DNA of 63,152 bases, the filler included, from Octopus bimaculoides (Eukaryota): the NCBI RefSeq assembly GCF_001194135.2. It is 6 parts of 6 records of this genome, joined end to end, with 100 filler letters (N's around TTAATTAATTAA, not from the genome) between each part and the next. Parts side by side here need not be neighbours in the genome. Positions count along the whole stretch, not along the records: positions 15,998 to 24,885 come from NC_068982.1; positions 24,986 to 48,540 come from NC_068988.1; 4 more parts are not named here. One strand, 5' to 3'. Positions 21,350 through 35,334 of the stretch are shown here, piece after piece (within the stretch, counting starts at the first letter, position 1; each line of letters begins with the position of its first letter). The position numbers and the translations under genes were made by a program. Below the pieces are notes generated by a model. It worked only from the letters and a program-made list of their open reading frames with translations. It ran no database searches and had not been told where the DNA came from.

Positions 21350-23150
21350 TGAGATTTGTTAATATTTCGATTCAATAACTACTTCAACTTGAGCTTTTGG
21401 CTTGCCAATTTTTTTTATATTGATTTCTGTCAGCTCTTGTGTTTCGGAACACTTGTGCGTATCCCAATAATATCAAGTATTTATATATTTTCAATCACCT
21501 TAAATGTTCTTGCGTTGGATGCAGGTTTTTTTTTTTTTTGTTCCCATCAGTTTAGGCTCAAATTACCCAGCAAGTATATTCCTTAAAAATCACATAAGCT
21601 GTTACATTTATCATTTGGTTGGCACAGTCACAAAATATGATACAGTACTTTCGCCCTTCTCTGTCAGAGACGATTAGAAGAAAATAATTGGAGCAACGTT
21701 TTCATATCCAACTTACATATTTTTTTCCACTGCATTTTATAACTAGCAGTAGGTTGCCATCTTTTTTATCTTCTCAGATGACACGAATGTCATTTGTTGG
21801 TACGTGTGAACTTAAAAGAATTATTCTGTGATAAACCATCTGCATTTGCACGCTGAAATGCTTATATCATCCTTCATTAAGATAGATAATTGTCTGTATC
21901 CAATACAGTTCTTTACAATCTTTCTTGTGCCCTGAAGATTGTTTTAAAACAAGGGAAATCATTAGTCTTTATTTAATTCTTGTTCCATTCAAATAATATT
22001 GTATTTGCAGTTCTTCATTTTTCTGGTTACTTAGCTGAGTATACCCGTTTGGTGAAATGTTTCGATAGACAACACAGGAAAAAAGTTATTGTTTGGCTGT
22101 TAAACTTGTTTAATCAGTTACTTGTTTTAAAACCATCTTCGCGCCTTTAGCTACCTTCAGCAGAACCCGTTCAGTTGCAGTCAATAGTCATCCTGTCTGA
22201 AGATAATTCAATACTAGTCTTCCTCTTTCGCTCCAGTAGTCTGGAAGAACTTGTACATTGTCATCATGGCACAAGCCTTCTTTTGACTAAATCATAAAAA
22301 AGTTCGACATCAAGCATTACGATAAAATCCAAAATGATGACAGAATTTCAAATGCATTTATCAACATCCCATTTTGTGCTGCTGCTCTCGCTGATGTTGA
22401 CCGCATTAAGTAGTTCAGCAGCCTTAGTGATTTGGTCATACAATGAAGAATTAACAATTGAACGACGTGATAAACAAAAAACGTCACTGATGCGTACAAA
22501 ATCCTAAAACTACTAAGTTGAAATAGAAAAAAAACAGGGTCGCTTAAAATGATCCTGGACTGCATCCAGAGTCTTTTACCCGCCACACATTCTATGATAC
22601 ACAACTGACTAATCGAAGCTCTGCAACCTCTCTGCTATCACATCACTGACAGCACATGTCCCTCCTATCTCATAAGAAATAGTTGGGCAGCTGAACAAAA
22701 CCATTCTTTGGGGCATGTCCACCACTATCCTACATACAACAAAGACTCACAACCAAAAACACTCCCAAATGGTTCACTAACATTTGTTCAGCAGCTTTTC
22801 AGAAAAAAAGTAGTCTACAAGTCTTGAAGACTCTGACAAATGAGATGGCTTTCACTCAGCACCACAACTTCTGTGAGACCATCGTCAAAACCAAGAGGAA
22901 TGCCTTGTCCTTGTACAGTCATTAAATTCTGCAGTTTTTCAAACTACAATTGATTCTTTCAGTCTTTTGCCAAAACAATTTCTACCAACGTTGGAGAATC
23001 TTCTTTTCCTCCACTTCGGAACAAATCTAATTCAGTATACTTCCGATGCCCATTTTCTATACAAACTCACACTGGGTGCACTATGTATGTTTCCGCCAAA
23101 ACTACTCTGTCTTCTCTATCAAAGTCATCACTAAATGCACTCATACACAA
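21350..23150 (-). mobile_element. Highly degenerate possible hAT transposase relic
   Basis: Weak remnants only: ...VIAERLQ...VVYHRMCG..LDAVQD (CxAH-like region) and KEY...PASNARTF (dimerisation-domain-like), with many stops. Confidence 0.25.
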
Positions 23151-23255
23151 AAAGCGAAAATATCTTCGATCATTTTAAACCTTAAATGTCCTTCTATTGT
23201 CCTTAAATTATGAATATTGCAACCAGCGCTTATATTCACCTATCTCTTCAATCAC

Positions 23256-23258
23256 TGT

Positions 23259-23345
<87 letters not shown>
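23256..23345. repeat. (TG)n microsatellite
   Basis: Direct reading. Confidence 0.97.
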
Positions 23346-23351
<6 letters not shown>

Positions 23352-24021
23352 CGCAATGATTAACTATCCTGATCTTTGGAAAGATGCTGCAAAGTGTCCT
23401 ACACTGAAGAATGGCAACGTTTCTCATCATATATATTGCCCCATCGCACTTCCAATATCTGAAATTGCGACACCGACAAATAACAACTGTGAATAGAATT
23501 CCATAACAGTGACCGCCATTACAGCTTTGTTAAAGGTAGATTAAGTGAAGTCCTACACTTTTATAGCACTCAACATTGGAGTATTACCTTCAAGCAAATC
23601 TGTGAATATTGTGTTTGTCACGCAAAATTCCTTAACAAACAACGCACAAATAAGATCCAGTCATCTGCTGGATCGCTGGCTTCTTGATAAATCTTGTTAT
23701 CACATCGTGAGATGATGGAAATCTTAATGGCCAATATTTTATCATCAGTGGTACGCCCTAAGTTACGAATTTCATCCTGACACTATTTTTCGTATATGTC
23801 AGTGATGTAATTGCAGTCACCTCTTGAAATGTTCACTCCTATGTAAATGATACCACCCTTTATTTCTTTCAATCCACTACTCCGTATCTATGCATCACTC
23901 ACAGGTAACCTATACACTTCACGGTAAATCTGCACTAATTTTGTAATGTGGTACCTCAGAAATGTTTTTCAATCGGGTAATGTCATTCACGACTTCTTCA
24001 ACAAGAGAAACACTCTTTAAC

Positions 24022-24056
<35 letters not shown>

Positions 24057-24743
24057 CAACCCTTCCTTTATCAAACAATATTGGAAAATTCAGAACATGT
24101 ACTGAGGTGTTCTTCAATGTTCACGATATTCCGTTTTCACCATTGCGTGTATGCAAAATGTGCCACAATTCAGTATTCAATGTCTGTTTCAATAAACCTA
24201 ATCATTTTTGCTTCTCCCTCTCCCCATTCAACATAGACTTTACAGCGTCACTGTTAATGGGGAATTTAACAATGGTGTTGAATACATTCCTTATTTTGAT
24301 ACACAAGTTGTGCATTTCTTTGCGATTACTCGTACCAGTATCTAAAATATTATTACTGAAACTGACAGAGAGAAAGATGTTTGGGAACACCTCTGACTTC
24401 AAAAACCTCATGATTTTTGGAATGATGACTAGCTATCCTTACAATACCAACTTATACAAACCGCATTCCAAACACGAAAAGCCTATAGCACATACCACTG
24501 GAGACAAGAAACACATAAATCAGTGATATCAGAATTCGTCAACTGGCCAGCGATTTTATTAATATTCACAAGATGCAAACACTTATCCTAATCTAATTTT
24601 ATTCGTATGTGCCGCTAGAAAGTTATATGAAACTTCAATCGTCTCCTGGTGCTATATAATATGACTGAAATGCAACTTCATTGACCGGGACACGCTGTTT
24701 TACGTTACGACAATGTAATGATTTCGTTAAAACAAATGAATAC

Positions 24744-24805
<62 letters not shown>

Positions 24806-24808
24806 CAT

Positions 24809-24860
<52 letters not shown>

Positions 24861-24985
24861 TGTAGAAAATTAATATACAGAGTACNNNNNNNNNNNNNNN
24901 NNNNNNNNNNNNNNNNNNNNNNNNNNNNNTTAATTAATTAANNNNNNNNNNNNNNNNNNNNNNNNNNNNNNNNNNNNNNNNNNNN

Positions 24986-25248
24986 AAACAGAAACAATTC
25001 CTATCATAGTAGGTGCCTTAGGTATAAAAAAAAATATTCAGACAAATACATAACAAAAACACCAGGACTTACAAATATATATAACATACAGAAAATTGCA
25101 CTACTGGGTACTGGACACATTCTACGCAAAACACTTTCAATACAGTAAACATAAGAGCACCACAGCAAACCACAGCATATACCCAAGGCGCACAGAGCTG
25201 CGCTCGGTAGTGAAGTGAAAGCACGTTATAAAAATAAAATTACTGAAC
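24986..25248 (+). mobile_element. R4/Dong-like LINE 3' end, family 2, copy 1
   Basis: TETIPIIVGALG...IQKIALLGTGHILRKTLSIQ* plus 3' UTR ending TACTGAAC followed by (AAT)n; left side cut by gap. Confidence 0.9.
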
Positions 25249-25260
25249 AATAATAATAAA

Positions 25261-25326
<66 letters not shown>

Positions 25327-25339
25327 ATATGTACATATA

Positions 25340-25760
25340 CAGGTTGCGGTGAATACATAGTCGTCTAAGTTACACAAAAATGAAAATAACACTGAAATCT
25401 GATTATAACAGTTATATTTACCAAAATTGCATAAAATTATCTTGAAATACTAAACAGCAAATTTATTGAATAAAATAGCCATTGGCTTCAACTTCTACTC
25501 CCAGATGAAATCGGAATTTCTTGCAACTTTTCTGGACGGTCCCTTTGTTTAAGTTGCTGAATGCTGCCATAATCCTTGCCTTTAGTTCCTCTTTGATGTT
25601 ACAAGGACATTTATTGATCTCTCGCATAAATGCGCCCCAGGCATAATAATCGAATGGTCTGAGGAGTTAGTTGGCCAGATGTAGTACGACATGTTGTTTC
25701 CAAGTTTCTAGCAGAGTGATGGTGCTGTTTTCCTCAAAGACTACTATACTGTATATTCGA
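25340..25760 (-). mobile_element. Tc1/mariner transposon 3' end (transposase C-terminus + TIR)
   Basis: [56 protein letters not shown]...EANGYFIQ* (WPPNSPDLNPLDY-type motif); element edge CAGGTTG at 25340 next to TA. Confidence 0.85.
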
Positions 25761-25845
25761 CAAAATCAAAATGAAACAAGGCACATGCGTGGCAATATAA
25801 CCATCACACTCTGTATATCTATCTATCTATCTATCTATCTATATA

Positions 25846-25924
<79 letters not shown>

Positions 25925-26000
25925 ATATATACATACACAGACACAGGTGTATCTATGCACACACATATTCACAAGCACACACACACACAAACACATACGT

Positions 26001-26031
<31 letters not shown>

Positions 26032-26699
26032 TACGTATATATATATATATATATATATATATTATCAACACTAGAGTGATAATCAATCATATCTGATATG
26101 ACTGCGGTGTGTATACAGGATTAAGCGTCCTACCTAACCATTGCCAACCTTTCTGTTCAACGTTTTACAAATTCAACATGTCCACAGACTTTTTATAAAA
26201 TTATTAAATAATGATAGATTTTCAAGAAATTTAAGTCTCTCACCAGAAAGCACTACTATAAGCTGTCATAAATGGAGTTGTTATGTATATATAAATAATC
26301 ATATTGATCATAACCTTCAGGGATGAATCTATGTAAATAGACCATCCGGGTGACATTTGAAATATAACATGTTCCATGTTTAGAATATCGAAAAAAAATA
26401 ATAAGCAGACACATTCATCGATTCTAGACAAGGTCAGTGTTCTTGTTTATGGTATTTACATACAACCCTGACATTAGACAATCGATACTGGACTAGTTGT
26501 CCATGTTATAGTGTAAAAGAACAGTATATAAATAATGCGAAATCTGCATAGTTAAATGTAACAAATATATTACATTTAATGACATCACGTAAACATATAC
26601 AGGGACCAGGAATATATTGATAAATATGGAGATGTATTTAATTTATGGACGTAATCACTTATAATAACACACACACACACACATACACACACACACACA

Positions 26700-26750
<51 letters not shown>

Positions 26751-26985
26751 GCTTTCTCATTCTTACTCTCTTTCATTCTCAGCCAATATACCTCTCTCTA
26801 AATGTGAAATGAATATAAGTTGGATACTTTATTATTTTTTTGTCTGTTTTGTTTCTATATATGTATATTAGTATGTGTGTGTGAAAAGAAACATAGTTAA
26901 CACATTTGTTTCCGATGCTACCAAATGCACAACGTGTTTCGTTTTCCATTTAATAACGTTTCATATCTTATATAACAAAAACATA

Positions 26986-26986
26986 T

Positions 26987-27049
<63 letters not shown>

Positions 27050-27120
27050 CACTACTGCTGCTGCTGCCGCCTCTGCTGCCGCCTCTGCTGCCGCCTCTGC
27101 TGCCGCCTCTGCTGCCGCTG

Positions 27121-27167
<47 letters not shown>

Positions 27168-27189
27168 GCTGCTGCTGCTTCTGCTGCTG

Positions 27190-27249
<60 letters not shown>

Positions 27250-27260
27250 TCACCACTACC
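26986..27260. repeat. Compound trinucleotide repeat (CTA)n/(CTG)n with 12-bp unit CTGCTGCCGCCT x4
   Basis: Direct reading. Confidence 0.95.
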
Positions 27261-27348
27261 ACCAACACCGCCATCGTTATTATTGATATTGTCATTATTA
27301 TATGCATTGTGCCTCTCTGTCTCCCTATAACTCTCTGCATACGCACTA

Positions 27349-27459
27349 TTAGCGTTATTTAGTCTGCCGCTACGTTCTGAGTTCAAACTCCGCCGACGTC
27401 GACTTTGCCTTTCATCCTTTCGGGGTCGATAAATTAAGTACCAGTTATGCACTAGGGTC
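27349..27459 (+). mobile_element. 111-bp SINE family A segment, exact inverted copy of 29034-29144
   Basis: Base-by-base comparison shows 111/111 identity to the reverse complement of 29034-29144. Confidence 0.95.
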
Positions 27460-28949
27460 ACTACATGTGTTCATGTACGTATCTATTAGCATACATAGAT
27501 ATTGAAACTGAAGCTGACGATTTGTCTCGCATTTAGTTCCATGCCATTGTTGATAAAAATACTGGAATATACAGTTGTTTCACTTCTTTAGTAGGAGCCA
27601 GATCTGACTCTCTCCAGCCATCTACTCGCTTCAATGAAACGAAATCTTTGAACATAAATATTTGATGGCAAAGATAGGATACAAATGTGAATGGAAAACT
27701 GGGTGCATTAGTACATTTCTCAAAATGAATTTTTTTCAAACTGGATTCGTGTGTTTGGCTCAACAATGGCGGATGTACATATCTTGTAATGGAAAGTTTA
27801 CTGCGGAATATCTTTGGATACATGAGGAGCATTTCTTTCAGCATGGGCAATTATATATATGCATATGTGTGTGTACCTGCCCGCGCGCGCGTGTGTGTTT
27901 GCGTGAGTGTGCATGTATATATAGGTGTAATTATGAATGAATGTTACGAGAAACAATAACCAACTCATAGTGTCAAGTATGATTATATTCTTATGTGTGC
28001 TCAACTTATCCACTAATGCCAAGATAAGTCTCTGATTTCAACGCTTCATGTTTTATAGCAGAATATGCAATATTGCTAATTCGTAACTGATAATAAGTTT
28101 TTCTTTAGGGTAGCCAACTGCTTTTAACATGATAGCAAATATCTATCTTAGGTATATATATCATTACTATGGTAAATTATTTTGCTATATGTTTATACAA
28201 TATTTAAGTGTAGATTAGTCGGTAACTTATATATCACGTCTAGTATTAAACCTCTACATTAAAAAAAAAACCCTGGGTAATAGTTCTATTTCAATGGTTG
28301 TATTAATTTATGTGGAGGTGCGATGAACTAAAACTCCTTTCTCTTGTTTAATATTCCCGCTATATATTTTGTAGGCCTTAAGCTTCGCACAAATATTCGA
28401 GCAGATTTGAGCTATTTTAGGAGAGGGCCAACACAGTTAGTAACCTATGTCCTTATAAAAATCGATATTGTTGATATTATAATTGTATGGGTATATGTAT
28501 GTACTTATGCATGCGTATGTGTGCGTGCTTGCGTACGTGCTTATGTACGCATGGATAGGTAAGTATAAAGATGCCATATGATATCTCATAAATTATGAAG
28601 ATATGTCAGTACAAATACAAATAGATTGGTTTGTCGACCGAGTGTTCTGTTCAGTACAGATATTTTTCTGGCGTCTAACCGCTTTTTCTGACAGAATAAA
28701 CACGATGTTCAAAACATATTACACACTGTAACGGTAGATTAACGCAAGAATTCGGTCGATGAATTATTGAATGAATGATAGAATGGCGTGTATTATTCGC
28801 GGGTCGCGAACTAATATTAAAATACGTACTACTAGTCTTCGTTAGTCAGAAGAATATAACTAGCCCTAACTCCTGCATGATGACGAATGTGCTTTGCGGT
28901 TAGTTACGACCTCGAAATTTGCCCCACATCATGGAATTTAATGTAAGAT

Positions 28950-29183
28950 ATTTCTTATTTCTTTATTGCCCACAAGGGGCTAAACATAGAAGGGACAAAC
29001 AAGGACAGACAAATGGATTAAGTTGATTAAATCGACCCTAGTGCATAACTGGTACTTAATTTATCGACCCCGAAAGGATGAAAGGCAAAGTCGACGTCGG
29101 CGGAGTTTGAACTCAGAACGTAGCGGCAGACTAAATAACGCTAAGCATTTCGCCCGGCGTGCTAACGTTCCTGCCAGCTCACC
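28950..29183 (-). mobile_element. SINE family A, near full-length
   Basis: Minus strand GGTGAGCTGGCAGGAACGTTAGCACGCCGGGCGAAATGCTTAGCG...GAGTTCAAACTCC...GTCGATAAATTAAGTACCAG...AAAGAAATAAGAAAT. Confidence 0.9.
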
Positions 29184-30935
29184 ACCGTATTGTAAGATAC
29201 TTCTGTTTGATCCAGACTTTCCTTGTAGCACGATTTATACAAAAATTATGTCGAAACTCATGCATCGGATTCTACAAGTAATTAAAAGTGTACCTTTGTC
29301 ACACTTGAGTTACGCTGGTTAAACCACCTGTGTAACGGTTACTACGTAGCCGTTACAATGGGTAGGTAGACGACGACAGTAGAAGTGTGAAAGTTTTTAA
29401 GACAAAATCCACAAGAGATTATACACCAAGACTCATAAACACACAAACACACACATCCACAAATATGCAGACACAAACAGATGCACAAACACACAGACAT
29501 ACACACACGCACGCACTCGCACATAAACATACGCATCTACATCTGCTTTTTTCTATATAAAGATATGAGAAATCTATAGTGAAAACATGTGTACACCCCC
29601 TCACACACATACATACACACATACACACACACATATGTGTGTGTGTGTAGATATATGCATAAATATATACATACATATATACACTCATGTGCTCATACAT
29701 GTACGTGCATATATTGCAGGCTCTATTCGTATAAGTATACTTATATAAAAAATCTATAGCCAAATAAAACCTCCATTCTTCTCAGGGAGGCTGTTTTATG
29801 TCTAGCTTTATTTATCTGCTATAAATAAGGAAAATATGGCTAAATATGCTAAATAAAAACAAAACCAGAAGCAGACAAACTACTAAAGATATCAGTAATG
29901 TTATTAGTTCGCCAATATGGGATAGAGATCTAGCATTCTAGCTTTGGAGTAAACTAATATTAGAAAGTTGTCGTAAACTATAATTACATGAGTGGAACAG
30001 GAAAATACATATTACATTGGGTGTTTTTGTACTGGTGTCTTCATTGCACGTCTGACGTTTGAGTAGAGTTTTGTTTTTGTGAATGTTAATGCATATTTAT
30101 ATAAGATTGGTGTTGATTATATTGTTAATATTTAGCATCAGGTCAGAACTAAATCGAGCTGGCTTAACAAAAAAAAAAGATATATTCGATCAATGATCAC
30201 CCAGTACTCTTCGAGATTTATATATAATATATATGATTATATATACATATATATNNNNNNNNNNNNNNNNNNNNNNNNNNNNNNNNNNNNNNNNNNNNNN
30301 NNNNNNNNNNNNNNNNNNNNNNNNNNNNNNNNNNNNNNNNNNNNNNNNNNNNNNNNNNNNNNNNNNNNNNNNNNNNNNNNNNNNNNNNNNNNNNNNNNNN
30401 NNNNNNNNNNNNNNNNNNNNNNNNNNNNNNNNNNNNNNNNNNNNNNNNNNNNNNNNNNNNNNNNNNNNNNNNNNNNNNNNNNNNNNNNNNNNNNNNNNNN
30501 NNNNNNNNNNNNNNNNNNNNNNNNNNNNNNNNNNNNNNNNNNNNNNNNNNNNNNNNNNNNNNNNNNNNNNNNNNNNNNNNNNNNNNNNNNNNNNNNNNNN
30601 NNNNNNNNNNNNNNNNNNNNNNNNNNNNNNNNNNNNNNNNNNNNNNNNNNNNNNNNNNNNNNNNNNNNNNNNNNNNNNNNNNNNNNNNNNNNNNNNNNNN
30701 NNNNNNNNNNNNNNNNNNNNNNNNNNNNNNNNNNNNNNNNNNNNNNNNNNNNNNNNNNNNNNNNNNNNNNNNNNNNNNNNNNNNNNNNNNNNNNNNNNNN
30801 NNNNNNNNNNNNNNNNNNNNNNNNNNNNNNNNNNNNNNNNNNNNNNNNNNNNNNNNNNNNNNNNNNNNNNNNNNNNNNNNNNNNNNNNNNNNNNNNNNNN
30901 NNNNNNNNNNNNNNNNNNNNNNNNNNNNNNNNNNN

Positions 30936-30974
<39 letters not shown>

Positions 30975-31752
30975 TGTTTATGTTTTAATATTTACATGCC
31001 TATACATATACATAGGTATGTATATATGCGTATATACACACACACAAACACACACATATTCTTTCTACAATCAACGGTTTCTGTCTTCAGTCATACGCAG
31101 TTCAATTTGGAGGTGTGTAGCTATGATTTCTATCAACTAATACATGACAATAGAAGCTTCTTCATATTTTGGCTCCGGTGGACGTTTAACCTCAGGCTAG
31201 TCTAGTGTCAGTTATACATATCTGTAATACAATGACCATCCAGCCATGCTACCCACTATTTTATTCTGTTTTATCGTTTAGTATCACTACATTCCACCAA
31301 TGTTTACGTACGGTACTTAAGGAGAGCTTATTAGAAAATGTCCGTCTTTATTCTAGCTGATCATGGCGTCACTTTGTTAGGCCGTTAGATTTATTATTAC
31401 TGTTACTGTTATTGCCGTTCTTTATATTTGGCTAGATAGTGTGTTGTTGATATATGAGAACCTTATATGAGATGTGAAATTGAACTTTATGCCTGGATGA
31501 AGCTTCAAATGTTCAGTGGATACTAAACAATGCGATGTCTGAGTTTCGTCGATGTAAACACCTTAAATTAGCTGCACAATCAGATATTATCGATGCATAG
31601 ATGCATATGTGTCGTGTATATGAGTGTCAAATTGTATGCATTGTTGCATGGAGGCATGAGTGCTAGTAAATACACACACACACACACACGTATATATAGT
31701 TATATATATACATTTATGCATACATGTTCATATATATATATGTATGCATATA

Positions 31753-31791
<39 letters not shown>

Positions 31792-32271
31792 NNNNNNNNN
31801 NNNNNNNNNNNNNNNNNNNNNNNNNNNNNNNNNNNNNNNNNNNNNNNNNNNNNNNNNNNNNNNNNNNNNNNNNNNNNNNNNNNNNNNNNNNNNNNNNNNN
31901 NNNNNNNNNNNNNNNNNNNNNNNNNNNNNNNNNNNNNNNNNNNNNNNNNNNNNNNNNNNNNNNNNNNNNNNNNNNNNNNNNNNNNNNNNNNNNNNNNNNN
32001 NNNNNNNNNNNNNNNNNNNNNNNNNNNNNNNNNNNNNNNNNNNNNNNNNNNNNNNNNNNNNNNNNNNNNNNNNNNNNNNNNNNNNNNNNNNNNNNNNNNN
32101 NNNNNNNNNNNNNNNNNNNNNNNNNNNNNNNNNTATATATGTGTGTGTAGAGCGAGATAGATACATCGATGACTAGAAACACATACATTCCTACATTGAA
32201 AAATATGCACTGGCACGTAAGCATATAAATACATACATGCAAACACACACAATAACGCACACGTGCACACA

Positions 32272-32317
<46 letters not shown>

Positions 32318-33246
32318 TGTGTATATATTTATATATATCTATATATATGTAACAGAAACTATGTTTGCGCTTATATTTTATACAGCATACAATATATTTT
32401 ATACTAAAGTTATATTTGCCCTTTTACTTCTCATGCTAAATAATACTGCCCTAATTTAGAATTACATTTAGAGACAGAGGTCAGCAGTTTGTTATGTTAT
32501 TTTCGGGTGCAAAGGCGAAAAGACTTTCTAAATATATCATGCCTGTTTTATATCCATTTCAATGTCTTTTTTACTATCTTCACATTTTCTTGTCTTCTCT
32601 TATTTTCGTTTCATACTAGTTTATTTATTTAGTTAGTTTTCTTTTTCTTACTTCCTTCTTGCATTTTACGTTTCTGTTTTTCGTTTATTTTCTGGGGCTG
32701 CTTCCCATTCCAGCCCCATCACTTCCAACGTCGTCTTACAAATCATTATTTGAACTATTCCCGGAAGAGCCGAGAAAGTTATTTTAATATCTGAATATTG
32801 ATCAGCTAGAAAATGTGCTTAGAATTACGATATATCAGCCTCCCCATAAAAGACGTTTTGCACGCTAGTGCAACAGTATTTATATGAATGTGTAAGTATT
32901 TATGCGTATTTTAGGAAACACCACACACATACATGCAGACAGTTACACACACTTACATATAAATACACTGACATACGCCCACAAACACATAGAATGTGTG
33001 AGTATGTTCACACACATTCTGCAAACCAAAAAAGACGGAGAAAAGATAGTACTCAATACAAAATGTAGATTTATGTATATCATCTTTACTGGAAGGTGTG
33101 CAGACTTTGCAAATCGTTTCTCTGATTTTCGCGTTTCCGACATCACGACAATAGTAATGTATAGAATAAGCAAGAAATAACAACACACACAGACACACAC
33201 GTACACAAACAGAAATACACACACACCTATGCATATATAAATATCC

Positions 33247-33288
<42 letters not shown>

Positions 33289-34309
33289 NNNNNNNNNNNN
33301 NNNNNNNNNNNNNNNNNNNNNNNNNNNNNNNNNNNNNNNNNNNNNNNNNNNNNNNNNNNNNNNNNNNNNNNNNNNNNNNNNNNNNNNNNNNNNNNNNNNN
33401 NNNNNNNNNNNNNNNNNNNNNNNNNNNNNNNNNNNNNNNNNNNNNNNNNNNNNNNNNNNNNNNNNNNNNNNNNNNNNNNNNNNNNNNNNNNNNNNNNNNN
33501 NNNNNNNNNNNNNNNNNNNNNNNNNNNNNNNNNNNNNNNNNNNNNNNNNNNNNNNNNNNNNNNNNNNNNNNNNNNNNNNNNNNNNNNNNNNNNNNATATA
33601 TATATATATATATATATATATACAAATAAACACACACACACGGTAGCATATGATAGAAATGATAGAAAATGTTATACAATGCCACGCTTTGATCGGGGTC
33701 TTTCACCTCTTTACACATTAATCGATGAAGCCGGAAATTTGAAAGAATTTCATAAAAAGAACCATCTAGACGAGGTAGAGTAGGATATAAGGTGACTATA
33801 GTGTTTTGATAAATAATAATATTAAAATAAATGCTAGCATAAAATGTGCTTGTAAGGCAAAAAAAGAAAAAAATGAAAAGTCTGCTCGGTTTTGAAATTA
33901 TCGAGCAAAGTATGCATGCGACTAAGCAAAACGTATTAAACATGCGCGCTGCTATGCAGACATTAACTACAGAATATATTAAGTAGTCAGGTAAGAACCA
34001 TTCGGTAGGAATATGTTAGAAAAGTTTCTTGTGGAATTGACATAAAAGAAGCATAGCTTTTCTTTTACACATACGCACAAACTTACTGTGAAGCCTGAAC
34101 ACAAACATTTCTATTATGTGTATCTGATAGCTAAAGAGTTCGTATGTATGTATGTATGTATGTATGTATGTACATTCCAGCATGAAATGTGTAAGTTCAG
34201 ACCAGATTTTATAAATGAAAGACTCTTTGTTTTTCGAGCGCAGGGTGGACATCCGTCAGTCGCGCTAAACTAAGCAGATATGGAAAGACAGGCAATTTTT
34301 GGTTCACCT

Positions 34310-34560
34310 TCTCTAGAATCTCCCCGGTCTCCGGGTGAGCAGTGCCCTCTCCAAATGGAGCTGCTCAGACACCTATACAGCAACGGAATCCTACTGCTGT
34401 CTTGGGCGACAAGGAGACGAATTTATATCTAGCATGGGCCGCCTACGTGCAGGTCGCTGACTATATGCTTCCAACCCGCCAGGTCTGCATGCTTCACCAC
34501 CTTCCCATCACCCAATGGCCTTCTCATCTTCCCAATGGTCTTCCTCGGTAACGAGTGGAC
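34310..34560 (-). mobile_element. Possible RTE-type LINE 3' relic
   Basis: RYRGRPLGR*E and ADLAGWKHIVSDL resemble the RGRPxxRW...A.DR..W...V ending of RTE ORFs. Confidence 0.4.
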
Positions 34561-34770
34561 GGTCATCATCATGCATGCATGTATGTATGTATGTATGTAT
34601 GTATGTATCCATGTATGATTGTATTTAAAATGTTAGTGTAAATTTTGACCGCCCACTTACTTGATAACAAGGTTACGAAGAGAAGAATCGTCTTTTAACC
34701 ATCATCTTATTAACCATCAGAACATATATTCATATATATGCATATATATATTCATATATATTCATATATA

Positions 34771-34810
<40 letters not shown>

Positions 34811-34994
34811 TATATATGCATATATATGAATATTTTAAAAATTTTAAAGAATAATAAGTATTCCAGGTTATCAGGATATTTACTATTTTACACTTTACTA
34901 ATGCAATGTAACCAGTATAATTTATAATATTATTACAAATTTGGGATTGTACCAATAGAACTAGAACTCCTATATTAGGATAACCTTATTGTAT

Positions 34995-35262
34995 GGAATA
35001 CACATAGATATATGCATCACGTCTACACTCCTCATTGGCCACACTATTCGTATTTCACAATTCAAATTGTCGTAGTTATTTAATTTTTCTTCGCCTTTCA
35101 CATTGATTCTGTTGTCGTAGGGGCATTCTATGTTGGTTATCATACATGTTCGTTCATTTTTTTTTCATCAAAACAATGTCCGGTTTCCGATGTCTGTTCG
35201 GGAGATCACATTGGATCATTGTATGCCACAGGATTTTGCAATTCTCATTTTCGGTATTATTA
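34995..35262 (-). mobile_element. RLE-endonuclease LINE fragment, family 3
   Basis: ENENCKILWHTMIQCDLPNRHRKPDIVLMKK..TCMITNIECPYDNRINVKGEEKLNNYDNLNCEIRIVWPMRSVDV; 5' junction sits in (AAT)n. Confidence 0.8.
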
Positions 35263-35334
35263 TTGTTATTATTATTATTATTAGTAGTAGTAGTAGTAGT
35301 AGTAGAAGCAGCAGCAGCAGTAATGCGACAAGCT

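Noticed and set aside
26875-27461. Poly-Leu, poly-Val and Ser/Gly-rich ORFs (SRGG repeats)
   Set aside because: Overlapping frames of one compound trinucleotide repeat; the start of the longest lies in a SINE segment.
34342-34551. 69-aa + strand ORF ending at a GTAACG donor-like site
   Set aside because: The opposite strand better matches an RTE LINE ending; not supportable as a host exon.
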